From Gammaproteobacteria bacterium (GTDB lineage Bacteria; Pseudomonadota; Gammaproteobacteria; JAADHQ01): a stretch of DNA of 57,836 bases. Where the stretch lies: NCBI GenBank assembly GCA_011052215.1, contig DRJK01000167.1, positions 1 to 57,836 on the forward strand. The letters run 5' to 3'. The translations under genes were made by a program, and so were the position numbers. Within the stretch, counting starts at the first letter, position 1. The number at the start of each line of letters is the position of its first letter. The notes under the pieces are model-generated. The model was not told the DNA's origin. It did no database searches and saw only the letters and a program-made list of their open reading frames with translations. Below are positions 1 to 10,067 of the stretch, piece after piece.

Positions 1-119
1 AACATGCCATCCGTGGCGGCTCGGCTGCCGCGTCCGTGCGGCAGACGGTCTTGATCAGGCTTGCCGATTCCATGTCCTCACATTGATATGTGATTCATTA
101 AGTTAACGGGACAGCAGTG
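1..119 (-). mobile_element. MITE-like element family 1, copy a (arm-A half, truncated by window start)
   Basis: Aligns with the right half of full copy 12571..12806: hairpin CTGCCGC-GTCCGT-GCGGCAG, then GTCTTGATCAGGCTTGCCGATTCCATGTCC, then terminal GTTAACGGGACAGCAGTG at 102..119. The strand sign for this family is an arbitrary convention (+ means arm A first). Confidence 0.8.
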
Positions 120-239
120 ATATTATTAACAGAAATTATTATATATGTTGCATCAGGGGTATGTTTTTTTTCAATCCGTTTTATAGCATCACATTCAGGT
201 AAGGCTGGGGTTTTGTACATAAGGGTATAGCTTCGGATA

Positions 240-1091
240 TCACGAAGAGAGCAAGGCCTCGACTTCTGCTATTTGGTCTCTGGCACCAAGAATGACCGGT
301 TCAATTACATCTTTCGATAACCCGGCGATTTCCCATGCAACAGGCTCCATTGCCGGGGCCGCACTTTCCTGGATTGTATCCAGCTCGGCCATGACTGCAA
401 TTGAATTCGCAATGTGTATCATGGCAGTTTCGACAGGATATTTTTCGGCCTTCAGGGGTTCATGATGGAACCGGACACATTCATAGATGCTCTCGGGTAA
501 TTTCCATTTTCGAACCAGCTCTCCCCCTACCTGGGTATGATCAAAACCCATGATCTTTACTTCATGCCCGTAAAGGTCACTTTCATCCGATCCTTCCATG
601 GAAAGAATGATCGCCTGTCTTGCCTGTTCAGGTGCCTTGTTAAAAATGGCCAGTTGTCCTATGTCATGTAAAAGACCTGATATAAAAAGTGCCTCGCCCT
701 TGCCCTTTTTATGTTCCTCGGAAAGTATGCGTGCACAAATTGCACAAAAAATACTGTGCCTCCAGAAATCCTTCATTGAAACGAGCTCGTTTGGCAGCCC
801 TGCGAACACACTCGTGGCAGAGGTGGCCAACACCAAGTCCCGAATCTGTTTCATGCCCAGAATGGCAACTGCCTTTGACACGGTTTCGATTTGCGATGAG
901 GCTCCATAGAAAGGACTGTTGGCGATTTTGAGAATACGCAGGGTTAGTGCGGGGTCCTGACTGATGACCTGCCCGATCTCATTGGTGGATGAATCCGGGT
1001 CATCAACCAGTTCGTTCACACGAATACAGACTTCGGGTAATGAAACCAGTTCCCCGACATCATCGACAATTTTTTCAAGTGTTATGCTCAT
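240..1091 (-). CDS. HDOD domain signalling protein
   Basis: 283-aa ORF with ATG start. HDOD-type N-terminal region (LPEVCIRVNELVDDP...ISQDPALTLRILKIANSPFYG) and HD-like GLLHDIGQLA motif. Confidence 0.85.
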   Translation of the reverse strand: MSITLEKIVDDVGELVSLPEVCIRVNELVDDPDSSTNEIGQVISQDPALTLRILKIANSPFYGASSQIETVSKAVAILGMKQIRDLVLATSATSVFAGLPNELVSMKDFWRHSIFCAICARILSEEHKKGKGEALFISGLLHDIGQLAIFNKAPEQARQAIILSMEGSDESDLYGHEVKIMGFDHTQVGGELVRKWKLPESIYECVRFHHEPLKAEKYPVETAMIHIANSIAVMAELDTIQESAAPAMEPVAWEIAGLSKDVIEPVILGARDQIAEVEALLSS

Positions 1092-1174
1092 AAAAATATC
1101 TATCCCTTTATTTTTTACCGGTATGTCGGACGGTTCCTTTATATATATAGTTCAGTCAAGGCAATAAGACAAAT

Positions 1175-1407
1175 CACTGACCTGTCAGCTTTATGAAGCG
1201 CATATCAATGTGAGGACATGGAACAGGACTGGCCAGATAAAGGCCGTCTGCCGCACAGATGCGGTAGCCGGGCCGCCATGGATAGCATGTTTTTGCGTGT
1301 CTTGATCAGGCTTACCGGTTTCATGTCCGGATTGCTCAATCTGACTCAAAGCGTACTTGCCGCTTAGGTTTCAACTACATTCATTACAGCCTGACGGGAC
1401 AGTATTG
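1175..1407 (+). mobile_element. MITE-like element family 1, copy b (full length, degenerate ends)
   Basis: 233 bp. Arm A TTTATGAAGCGCATATCAATGTGAGGACATGGAA, central CTGCCGC-ACAGAT-GCGGTAG hairpin, arm B ...CATTCATTACAGCCTGACGGGACAGTATTG. Flanking 9-mers AAGACAAAT / AAGGGAAAT match 7/9. Confidence 0.8.
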
Positions 1408-1448
1408 AAGGGAAATACAGAAAAAAAGGGTTCACCCGTATTGTCGGG

Positions 1449-1820
1449 CTAGAGCATGATCAGGGCAGCGGCGATATTTCTGTCCTCTGCCGAAAGGATG
1501 TTGTAAGTACGGCATGCCGAACCGGTATCCATTACTTCAAAACCGATACCTTGTTGCATGGCGATCGATATAAGTTCGGGATGCGGAAATTGCAGGGTTT
1601 TACCTGTGCCCAGAAGTATAATTTCCGGATTGAGCTCGACCAGATAGAGGATATGAGTGGCATCAATCTGTTCAACCCGGGCAGGTTCCCATTGGTTAAT
1701 CAATTGATCAGATGTCACGATCAGGCTTTGGCTGTACACCTGATTGTTTACGGTGATCCGGCCTGTCTCGTAGGCATTAATGATATATCTGGCAGAGCTG
1801 GAGTCTATGTTGAGTTTCAT
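1449..1820 (-). CDS. Mth938/DUF498 family protein
   Basis: 123-aa ORF with ATG start. Pattern typical of the Mth938-like family (ILLLGTGKTLQFP ... GIGFEVMDTGSACRTYNIL). Confidence 0.75.
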   Translation of the reverse strand: MKLNIDSSSARYIINAYETGRITVNNQVYSQSLIVTSDQLINQWEPARVEQIDATHILYLVELNPEIILLGTGKTLQFPHPELISIAMQQGIGFEVMDTGSACRTYNILSAEDRNIAAALIML

Positions 1821-1897
1821 GCCGGGAAAAATACCTGATTGTTAAGCAATCATCAAGACAAGTATCCTGTTCCCAGATAAACCAGGGTAATTTTATG

Positions 1898-2055
1898 GAG
1901 CCGCTGATTAATTCTGGACGAAGTAGATTGTGCTCGGAAAATACAGATTCAAGGCATCGAATCGCACGTCATAGCAAGTTATTGCGAAGATTCGTAACGC
2001 AGAAGCTGGATTTTCCGAGCACAAGATGCGAATTCATGAATTGATCAGAGGTTCC
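1898..2055 (-). repeat. Palindromic repeat family 2, copy 1 (MITE-like)
   Basis: 158 bp. Its reverse complement is about 88% identical by eye to 33222..33379. Imperfect terminal inverted repeats GGAACCTCTGATCAATTC / GAATTAATCAGCGGCTC. Internal inverted pair TGCTCGGAAAATACAGATTC / GCTGGATTTTCCGAGCA. Confidence 0.8.
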
Positions 2056-2195
2056 TTAAATATTCGGTCTGTATATCAATCTCTGTGAAAAATCATTTAT
2101 AATCTCTGTCATTATTTATTATTGACAGCATTTTTCTCTGTCAGTAATGTTCTGGCATGATATAACCATATGATTATTAAAAGGTTCCAGGTCTG

Positions 2196-3413
2196 ATGGA
2201 TGAATTCCCCAGAATCAAGCGATTGCCGCCTTACGTGTTTAACATTGTAAATGAGCTAAAGGCCAAGGCAAGGTCGCGTGGTGAGGATATTATTGATTTT
2301 GGTATGGGCAACCCCGACCAGCCAACACCGAAGCATATTGTCGATAAACTGATCGAGGCTGCACAACGTACCGATACCCACCGTTATTCAGTATCCCGGG
2401 GGATTCCGAGATTGCGCAGGGCGATCTGTGCCTGGTACAAAAGAAAATACGATGTCGATCTCGATCAGGAAACGGAGGCGATTGTCACCATCGGGTCAAA
2501 GGAGGGGCTGGCGCACCTGGCCCTGGCAACCGTGGGTCCTGGTGACGCAATTCTGGTTCCGAGCCCGGCTTACCCTATTCATCCTTATGGTTTTATTATT
2601 GCCGGGGCCGACATCAGGCATGTCCCGCTGGTTTCCGGAGTGGATTTTTTTGAGGAACTGGAAAAGGCGATAAAGGATTCATGGCCCAAACCCAGGATGC
2701 TGGTACTGAATTTCCCGGGCAACCCGACAACCCAGTGTGTGGATCTCGAATTCTTCGAACGGGTAGTGAAAATTGCGCTGGAACACAGGATATGGGTCAT
2801 TCATGACCTGGCCTATGCCGAGATTGTCTTTGATGGTTACCGGGCACCCTCGATTCTGGAAGTGCCCGGTGCAAAGGAAATCGCGGTTGAGAGCTATTCA
2901 TTATCCAAGACCTATAACATGCCTGGTTGGCGCGTGGGGTTCATGTGTGGCAACCCGATATTGATTGCCGCCCTGGCAAGGATGAAGTCCTACCTGGATT
3001 ACGGTATGTTCACGCCAATTCAGGTTGCGGCCATTGCAGCCCTTGAAGGCCCGCAGGATTGTGTACAGGAAATCTCGTCCATGTATCAACGCCGCAGAGA
3101 TGTCCTCTGTCATGGTTTGAATGCGCTTGGCTGGCACGTCGAGCCACCTAAAGCGACCATGTTTGTTTGGGCGCCGATACCCGAGCCTTATCGTCATCTG
3201 GGTTCGCTGGAGTTTTCCAAGAAATTACTGGAAGATGCGAAGGTGGCCGTTTCACCCGGCATTGGTTTTGGTGATTACGGTGACGATCATGTGCGTTTTG
3301 GTTTAATAGAGAATGAGCATCGCACCCGACAGGCGATTCGCGGGATACGTCATATGTTCAGAAAGGACAATATTCTCGATGTTGCAGCAGGAGAAGATAG
3401 TGAAACCGGTTAA
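2196..3413 (+). CDS. Class I/II pyridoxal-phosphate aminotransferase (AlaC/aspartate aminotransferase-like)
   Basis: 405 aa. Motifs [16 protein letters not shown] and the PLP-lysine motif [14 protein letters not shown]. Lies in the conserved position upstream of hom-thrC. Confidence 0.9.
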   Translation: MDEFPRIKRLPPYVFNIVNELKAKARSRGEDIIDFGMGNPDQPTPKHIVDKLIEAAQRTDTHRYSVSRGIPRLRRAICAWYKRKYDVDLDQETEAIVTIGSKEGLAHLALATVGPGDAILVPSPAYPIHPYGFIIAGADIRHVPLVSGVDFFEELEKAIKDSWPKPRMLVLNFPGNPTTQCVDLEFFERVVKIALEHRIWVIHDLAYAEIVFDGYRAPSILEVPGAKEIAVESYSLSKTYNMPGWRVGFMCGNPILIAALARMKSYLDYGMFTPIQVAAIAALEGPQDCVQEISSMYQRRRDVLCHGLNALGWHVEPPKATMFVWAPIPEPYRHLGSLEFSKKLLEDAKVAVSPGIGFGDYGDDHVRFGLIENEHRTRQAIRGIRHMFRKDNILDVAAGEDSETG

Positions 3414-4713
3414 TACAGGTTTGATGGGGCTGGGTACCGTTGGCGGCGGTACCTTTAATGTGCTCGCGCGTAATGCGGCAGAGATAACCCGCAGGGTGGG
3501 ACGTGAAATCAGGGTTACCCATGTTGCCGCGCGTCAGTATGATCCCGATAGCCTTTCCAGTCTTGAGGGTATCCGGGTTACGGATGATGCCTTTCAGGTT
3601 GTTAATGATCCACAAGTGGAAATCGTTATCGAGCTGATTGGTGGCTGTGAACCGGCACGTGAACTGGTCTTGCAGGCCATTGCCAATGGCAAACATGTTG
3701 TTACAGCCAACAAGGCCCTGATTGCCAAGCATGGCAACGAGATTTTTGCAGCGGCGCATGATAAAGGTGTCATGGTGGCATTTGAGGCTGCGGTGGCAGG
3801 TGGAATACCCATTATCAAGGCGATACGCGAAGGTCTGGCAGCCAACCAGATAGAATGGATAGCCGGAATCATTAACGGTACGGGTAATTTTATTCTGACA
3901 GAGATGCGCGACAAGGGGCGCGATTTTGCCGATGTCCTGAAAGAGGCGCAGCAACTGGGGTATGCCGAGGCCGATCCGACCTTTGATGTTGAAGGAATTG
4001 ATGCCGCTCATAAACTGGCCATACTGGCATCGATTGCATTCGGTATTCCGTTGCAGTTTGACAAGGTCTTTACCGAAGGCATCAGCCGTATTACCCGCGA
4101 AGACGTAAATTATGCAGAGGAACTGGGTTACCGTATCAAGCATCTTGGTATTACCCGAAAGGTTGAAAAAGGTATCGAGATGCGTGTCCATCCAACCCTG
4201 ATTCCGGAACGTCGATTGATAGCCAATGTCGATGGCGTCATGAACGCGGTTCTCGTGCAGGGTGATGCCGTTGGGCCTACATTGTATTACGGTGCCGGTG
4301 CCGGTGCCGAGCCGACTGCTTCTGCAGTAGTCGCTGACCTGGTTGATGTTGCCCGTGTACTGACGGTTGATCCTGAAAATCGCGTACCCCACCTTGCATT
4401 CCAGGCCGATGCCATGACCGATACAACGGTGCTGGGTATGGATGATGTAGAGACGGCATACTATCTGAGACTACAGGCAAGTGATCAGCCCGGGGTGCTG
4501 GCTGATATCACAAGTATTCTGGGTGATCAGCAAATCAGTATCGAGGCAATCATCCAGAAAGAACCGGGAGAGGGTGCCACGGATGTGACGATTATTATGC
4601 TGACGCACCGTGTAGCAGAACGTAATATGAATGATGCGATAGTGAAGATAGAAGCACTGGGCGCGATTACAAACGATGTTATCCGTATTCGTGTCGAGTC
4701 ATTGGGCCATTAA
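3400..4713 (+). CDS. hom: Homoserine dehydrogenase
   Basis: The ORF-track start at 3313 would overlap the aminotransferase by 101 nt. An in-frame GTG at 3400, preceded by GGAGAAG, gives the start [17 protein letters not shown] (NAD-binding loop). C-terminal ACT-like region. Followed by thrC. Confidence 0.93.
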   Translation: MKPVNTGLMGLGTVGGGTFNVLARNAAEITRRVGREIRVTHVAARQYDPDSLSSLEGIRVTDDAFQVVNDPQVEIVIELIGGCEPARELVLQAIANGKHVVTANKALIAKHGNEIFAAAHDKGVMVAFEAAVAGGIPIIKAIREGLAANQIEWIAGIINGTGNFILTEMRDKGRDFADVLKEAQQLGYAEADPTFDVEGIDAAHKLAILASIAFGIPLQFDKVFTEGISRITREDVNYAEELGYRIKHLGITRKVEKGIEMRVHPTLIPERRLIANVDGVMNAVLVQGDAVGPTLYYGAGAGAEPTASAVVADLVDVARVLTVDPENRVPHLAFQADAMTDTTVLGMDDVETAYYLRLQASDQPGVLADITSILGDQQISIEAIIQKEPGEGATDVTIIMLTHRVAERNMNDAIVKIEALGAITNDVIRIRVESLGH

Positions 4714-4739
4714 TTTTAATACAATCGAGGTTTAACAGA

Positions 4740-5882
4740 ATGCCTTTTAGAGAACGCTATACCGGTCTGATCAATCGCTATCGTGACCGTCTGCCGATCA
4801 ATGACGATACTCGGATAATCAGCCTGGGCGAAGGCAATACACCACTGATTCGCTTGAACAATATTCCGAAGACCACTGGCAAGGAAGTCGATATCCATGT
4901 CAAATATGAAGGGCTGAACCCAACTGGCTCCTTCAAGGACCGGGGCATGACCATGGCGGTTACCAAGGCCATCGAAGAGGGTAGCCATGCGATTATCTGC
5001 GCCTCAACCGGCAACACATCGGCCGCCGCTGCAGCCTACGCTGCACGTGCCGGGATTACGGCGTTTGTGCTGATACCCGAAGGCAAGATAGCGATGGGTA
5101 AACTTGCCCAGGCGATGATGCACGGCTCGGTGGTTATCCAGATCAAGGGTAATTTTGATGACGGCATGAGACTGGTAAAAGAGGTTGCAAGCGAGGCGCC
5201 TGTTACGATAGTAAACTCGATTAACCCGTATCGTTTGCAGGGACAAAAAACGGCGGCATTCGAAATTATTGAAGAACTGGGCCGGGCCCCGGATTATCAT
5301 TGTCTGCCAGTTGGGAATGCCGGGAATATAACGGCACACTGGATCGGCTATTGTGAATATTCCTCAGGTTCCGGTGATCACGTTACCGAGGCATGCGCCT
5401 TCTGTAAAGGACACTGCCGTTATGCCGGTGGCGCCATCGTCGGTAATCGGCCGACAATGGTCGGTTATCAGGCATCCGGTTCTGCCCCGTTCCTTCGTGG
5501 AGAAATGGTCGATAACCCGGAAACGGTCGCAACGGCCATACGTATAGGTCACCCGCAAAGCTGGGACATGGCCTGGAAGGTCAGGGAGGAATCCGGTGGA
5601 TGGTTTGATGAATGCACAGATGAGGAAATACTGGCAACGCAGAAGCTGCTGGCTGAAAAGGAAGGCGTGTTCTGTGAGCCTGCCTCGGCAACATCGTTGG
5701 CGGGTGCCATCAAGGATATAAAATCAGGCAGGATTCCGGAAGGCAGCAGCATCGTGTGTACGTTGACAGGTCATGGTCTGAAAGACCCGGATGCCGCAAT
5801 AAAACAAAGCACATCGCCGTTGATAACCATTGACGCAACACTGGATTCGGTCAAGGCCGCGATACTGGATAATATGTCCTGA
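4740..5882 (+). CDS. thrC: Threonine synthase (short, Bacillus-type class)
   Basis: 380 aa. PLP-lysine motif [12 protein letters not shown], plus [16 protein letters not shown] and [13 protein letters not shown]. Confidence 0.95.
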   Translation: MPFRERYTGLINRYRDRLPINDDTRIISLGEGNTPLIRLNNIPKTTGKEVDIHVKYEGLNPTGSFKDRGMTMAVTKAIEEGSHAIICASTGNTSAAAAAYAARAGITAFVLIPEGKIAMGKLAQAMMHGSVVIQIKGNFDDGMRLVKEVASEAPVTIVNSINPYRLQGQKTAAFEIIEELGRAPDYHCLPVGNAGNITAHWIGYCEYSSGSGDHVTEACAFCKGHCRYAGGAIVGNRPTMVGYQASGSAPFLRGEMVDNPETVATAIRIGHPQSWDMAWKVREESGGWFDECTDEEILATQKLLAEKEGVFCEPASATSLAGAIKDIKSGRIPEGSSIVCTLTGHGLKDPDAAIKQSTSPLITIDATLDSVKAAILDNMS

Positions 5883-6024
5883 AGTTATTGCGCTCGCCCT
5901 GTCAGGAAGGGGAGTCAACAAGGTTTACCCTCCGGCATTGGTTCGACAGGGAACCTTGCTTCTTTGCCGGGGCAGGGTCGACACCCTCATCAGGGGAAGG
6001 GATTCCAAAACCGGATCTTTCATC

Positions 6025-7047
6025 ATGCCAACAAAAAATCTGACGCTGATTATTCCCGGAATATTTGAATCACTTGCAAAAGGTGAACGCAAGATAAACG
6101 GATTGAAATCGCTTGAAATGCTGCTTGTCAAGTCAGACAGGGAAAAGTACCCTGCTGATTCTCTTTATCAATGCATGCTCGATCTCTTTGATATTGATTC
6201 ATCAAGTCCGGCGTATCTTCCTGTTGCAGCTCTATCCCGGTTTTCAGATACCGGTAAAAGAGACCCGGGTATCTGGATGCATATCGACCCGCTGTACCTT
6301 GAGACAGACAAGGATCGATTGATCTCGCGGGGTAATTCTATTCTGGATATCAGCAATGATGAAGCAACTGTTTTGATCGATTTGCTGAATCAGACCTATG
6401 TAAATGAAGGCTGGTATTTTGAGTCCTGTCATGCGAACAGGTGGTATGTCCATATCAGGCAACAACCCGAATCTGAATTTTCAGCACCAACAGATGTGCT
6501 GGGAAGAAATATTGAAACTTTTTTACCCAAAGGGAACGATCAGATGGACTGGCACAAGTTCATGAACGAGGTTCAAATGTTGTTTCACAGTTCAACGGTA
6601 AACCGGCAGCGTATGGAGAATGGTGTCTATCCAATAAACAGTATCTGGTGCTGGGGTGCGGGCCCGTTACCAGAGCAGGTCAGTACGGGTCTGGACAGGG
6701 TTTACGCCAACGTACCTTTTGTGAAAGGCCTGGCAATGTTGTCCGGCTGCGAACACCATTCATTACCTGAAAATGCGCATGCTGTAATAAAATCGCTGGC
6801 CAGGTCTGAAAGGGACATTGATTGTCTGGTCGTAATTGAGCCGACTGAAGAAGATATTCTGTCACTGGATTTCGAGCATTATAAGGATAAATTGAATATG
6901 CTGGAGCGTGAATGGTTTCAACCGTTGGTGCATGGCATGGAAAAAGGGTATTTATCCTCATTGTCACTGCTTGCCTGTAACGGTTTGAAATACTCATTAA
7001 AGAAAAAATACCTGCGTCGTTTCTGGAGAAGGCGTAAGGCAATATGA
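6025..7047 (+). CDS. Conserved hypothetical protein, possibly RpfE-type / phosphoglycerate-mutase-like regulatory protein
   Basis: The ORF-track start 5830 overlaps thrC. ATG 6025 (MPTKNLTLIIPG) gives 340 aa. The PINSIWCWGAGP motif and the position directly upstream of recJ recall Xanthomonas rpfE. The stop overlaps the recJ start (ATGA). Confidence 0.45.
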   Translation: MPTKNLTLIIPGIFESLAKGERKINGLKSLEMLLVKSDREKYPADSLYQCMLDLFDIDSSSPAYLPVAALSRFSDTGKRDPGIWMHIDPLYLETDKDRLISRGNSILDISNDEATVLIDLLNQTYVNEGWYFESCHANRWYVHIRQQPESEFSAPTDVLGRNIETFLPKGNDQMDWHKFMNEVQMLFHSSTVNRQRMENGVYPINSIWCWGAGPLPEQVSTGLDRVYANVPFVKGLAMLSGCEHHSLPENAHAVIKSLARSERDIDCLVVIEPTEEDILSLDFEHYKDKLNMLEREWFQPLVHGMEKGYLSSLSLLACNGLKYSLKKKYLRRFWRRRKAI

Positions 7048-8777
7048 TAAAAAAAATCATCAGTCGGCATGTGCCTGATATTTCCTGTGCCCTGGGTGAC
7101 AGACTTCATCCACTATTGCAGCGTATTTACCTGTCACGTGGTGTTAATACGCCAATCGAACTGGACTGCACTCTTGGTCGGCTTTTGCCAGCGCAGGGAC
7201 TCAAGGGTATTGATAATGCCGTTGATATCATTACCCGGGCCATCATTGCAAACAGCAAGATCATGGTTGTTGCCGACTTTGATTGTGATGGTGCAACCAG
7301 TTGTACCGTCGCCGTCAGAGGCTTAAGGGCAATGGGCGCCGGGCCGGTCAATTACCTGGTGCCCAATCGCTTTGAATACGGCTATGGTCTGACACCTGAA
7401 ATTGTCGAGGTTGCAGCAGGTTACAGACCGGATGTACTGATTACCGTGGACAATGGCATTTCCAGCATCCAGGGTGTTGCCAATGCAAAAAAACTGGGTA
7501 TGCAGGTGGTGATAACGGACCATCATTTGCAGGGTGAAGGCTTGCCTGATGCGGATGCGATTGTAAATCCGAATCAAAAGGGTGATTCATTTAAAAGCAA
7601 AAATCTGGCCGGGGTCGGAGTGATATTCTATGTGTTACTGGCCTGCCGCGCGCGATTGCGTGATCAGGGCTGGTTTGCAAAAAAAGAAATGGATGAGCCC
7701 AACCTGGCGCAATTGCTGGATCTGGTGGCACTGGGAACCATCGCGGATCTGGTTCCGCTCGATTATAACAACCGTATTCTGGTTGAGCAGGGGTTACGCC
7801 GAATAAGGGGGGGGCATGCCTGTGTCGGGATGAATGCCTTGCTGGAGGTTTCAGGGCGAGGCATCGACAGGGTGATTGCCAGTGACATGGGATTTGCGGT
7901 TGCCCCACGATTGAATGCAGCCGGCAGACTGGAAGATATGTCAGTGGGTATTGAATGTTTGCTTAGTGACTCATCCCGGGCGGCAGGTGAGCTGGCAGTC
8001 AGTCTGGATAACCTTAATCAGGAACGAAAACTGATAGAATCCGATATGCGGGACGAGGCCTTCCTGGAGCTGGAAAAAATCAAGCTGGACAATAACGGGG
8101 GCGACATTCCTGTTGCGGTCTGTCTTTATGATGAACAATGGCATCAGGGCGTCATAGGCATTCTTGCCTCACGTATCAAAGAGCGTTTCCACAGGCCGGT
8201 GATCATTTTTGCCAAGGGCGACGATGGCGAGATAAAAGGCTCGGCACGTTCCATTCAGGGCGTTCATATCCGTGATGTCCTGGATGCCATCACAAAAAAA
8301 TACGACGGTCTGATAATAAAATTCGGTGGGCATGCCATGGCAGCAGGTTTGACCATTGCGCTTGATGACATTGACAAGTTTACCAGGGCCTATACAGAAG
8401 AAATCTGCCGCTGGGTAGGTGAAGAGGGCCTGCAGCACTGCATCCATACAGATGGTGAACTGGGCATGGAAGAGTTCAATCTCGAACTTGCAGAACTGTT
8501 GCGGGTCGCCGGGCCGTGGGGACAGGGTTTCCCGGAGCCACTATTCGAAGGTGATTTCAGGGTAATTCATCAACGAATTGTCGGAAAACGGCATCTGAAG
8601 ATGATTCTGCAACCGCTGGAGTCATCCATGAATATCGATGCCATCGCCTTTAATGCAGCCGACAATGAAATACCCCGTGAAGGAGATCAGCGAAGGTTTG
8701 TCTACAAACTGGATGTGAACGAATACAGGGGGCAAAAGAAGCTGCAGCTGATGGTCGAGTACATCGAAATGGCCTGA
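7044..8777 (+). CDS. recJ: Single-stranded-DNA-specific exonuclease RecJ
   Basis: 577 aa. DHH motifs DFDCDGATS and ITDHH, and DHHA1 motif GGHAMAAG. Confidence 0.96.
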   Translation: MIKKIISRHVPDISCALGDRLHPLLQRIYLSRGVNTPIELDCTLGRLLPAQGLKGIDNAVDIITRAIIANSKIMVVADFDCDGATSCTVAVRGLRAMGAGPVNYLVPNRFEYGYGLTPEIVEVAAGYRPDVLITVDNGISSIQGVANAKKLGMQVVITDHHLQGEGLPDADAIVNPNQKGDSFKSKNLAGVGVIFYVLLACRARLRDQGWFAKKEMDEPNLAQLLDLVALGTIADLVPLDYNNRILVEQGLRRIRGGHACVGMNALLEVSGRGIDRVIASDMGFAVAPRLNAAGRLEDMSVGIECLLSDSSRAAGELAVSLDNLNQERKLIESDMRDEAFLELEKIKLDNNGGDIPVAVCLYDEQWHQGVIGILASRIKERFHRPVIIFAKGDDGEIKGSARSIQGVHIRDVLDAITKKYDGLIIKFGGHAMAAGLTIALDDIDKFTRAYTEEICRWVGEEGLQHCIHTDGELGMEEFNLELAELLRVAGPWGQGFPEPLFEGDFRVIHQRIVGKRHLKMILQPLESSMNIDAIAFNAADNEIPREGDQRRFVYKLDVNEYRGQKKLQLMVEYIEMA

Positions 8778-8940
8778 ACAGGTGTTATTACCACACCATA
8801 AGGGAGCTGTTTTTCGGGAAGAGCCACGATTTCAGGCATGTTGCATGTCACATTGTTGCTTGCGACCGGTATTCTGGAGTCTCCCCCCGACTTTGATGTA
8901 TCATAAGCCGCTGTTATTATAATCCATTGGTTGGCCAAGA

Positions 8941-10042
8941 ATGATGCTTGAAATTAATCCTCTTCAATTAAAAATAAAAGACCTGCATGCCCGTACCGAG
9001 GCACTCAGGGGGTATCTTTGACTACCAGCAAAAGAAAGAACGCCTGACAGAAGTCATCCGCGAGCTGGAACAGCCCGCAGTCTGGCATGACCCCGAAAGG
9101 GCCCGAAAGCTGGGGCAGGAAAGGTCAAGTCTCGAAAAAATAGTCGATACGATTGAGTCCATGCAGACAGGTCTTGCAGATGCAGGTGAATTGCTGGAAA
9201 TGGCGGCCGAGGAACTGGATACAGCAACTGTTGATGAAATCGCTGCTGATCTGGATGACATGGAATCCAGAATCGCCAGCCTGGAGTTTCAACGCATGTT
9301 TTCAGGTGAAATGGATGCCTGCAACTGCTACCTGGATATCCAGTCTGGCTCGGGGGGTACCGAGGCGCAGGATTGGGCAGAGATGTTATTGCGGATGTAT
9401 CTGCGATGGGGCGAGCGGAGGGGTTTTAAAACCGGGTTGATCGAAGTGTCGGCCGGAGATGTGGCCGGTATCAAGAGTGCTACCATTCGTATGGAGGGTG
9501 AATATGCCTTTGGCTGGTTACGAACAGAAATCGGGGTCCATCGTCTGGTGCGCAAGTCACCTTTTGATTCCGGTAATCGTCGGCATACGTCATTTGCCGC
9601 AGTTTTCGTTTCTCCGGAAATCGATGATAATATTGAAATAGAGATAAACCCGGCTGATTTAAGGATCGATGTTTATCGTGCCAGCGGGGCCGGTGGCCAG
9701 CATGTAAACAAAACAGAATCAGCAGTGCGGATCACCCACCAGCCATCCGGGATTGTGGTACAGTGTCAAAACGATCGGTCTCAGCACAAGAACAAGGCCA
9801 CGGCGATGAAATTACTCAAGGCCAAACTCTACGAGATGGAAATTCAGAAGCGCAATGCTGATCAACAGGCAGTGGAAGACACCAAGTCAGATATCGGTTG
9901 GGGTAGCCAGATTCGTTCATACGTACTGGATCAGTCACGTATCAAGGACCTGCGCACCGGTGTTGAAACGGGTAATACACAGGCTGTACTGGATGGTGAC
10001 CTCGATGCGTTTATCGAGGCGAGCCTGAAGAGTGGCCTGTAA
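8941..10042 (+). CDS. prfB: Peptide chain release factor 2 (programmed +1 frameshift)
   Basis: Frame 0 runs from ATG 8941 (or 8944), [26 protein letters not shown], to CTT TGA at 9016..9021. The +1 frame continues from GAC 9020 to 10042. SPF motif ([14 protein letters not shown]) and GGQ motif ([16 protein letters not shown]). Confidence 0.96.
9007..9022 (+). promoter_or_regulatory. prfB +1 ribosomal frameshift (recoding) signal
   Basis: AGGGGGTATCTTTGAC: SD-like AGGGGG, a 3-nt spacer, slippery CTT, and in-frame TGA followed by C. Same arrangement as the E. coli prfB site. Confidence 0.93.
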
Positions 10043-10067
10043 TAATATAACTTGAAGAAAAGGCATC

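Noticed and set aside
1241-1262. The GCCGTCTGCCGCA core of the MITE hairpin resembles the Neisseria DNA uptake sequence GCCGTCTGAA.
   Set aside because: Only the first 8 nt match. The motif occurs only inside the MITE, not scattered through genes or in terminator pairs. The gene content is gammaproteobacterial, so the resemblance is most likely coincidental.
3358-4392. 344-aa ORF antisense to hom. Similar long antisense ORFs occur at 25286..25828 (opposite rseB), 38182..38574 (opposite the exonuclease gene) and 55690..56349 (opposite the receiver gene).
   Set aside because: Each lies entirely or mostly opposite a gene with clear family motifs. Their translations are low-complexity and rich in His, Gln, Arg and Cys, with no recognisable motifs. 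This is typical of stop-poor antisense frames in well-coded genes.
5830-6024. Upstream extensions proposed by the ORF track: 5830 for the RpfE-like gene, 3313 for hom, 18488 for sdhD, 18694 for sdhA, 41232 for the SBP, 43684 for the second permease and 23899 for rpoE.
   Set aside because: All overlap the preceding gene by tens to hundreds of nt. Each has an internal start that abuts or overlaps the upstream stop codon (ATGA, TGATG or GTGA) or has a better RBS, and gives an N-terminus typical for the family.
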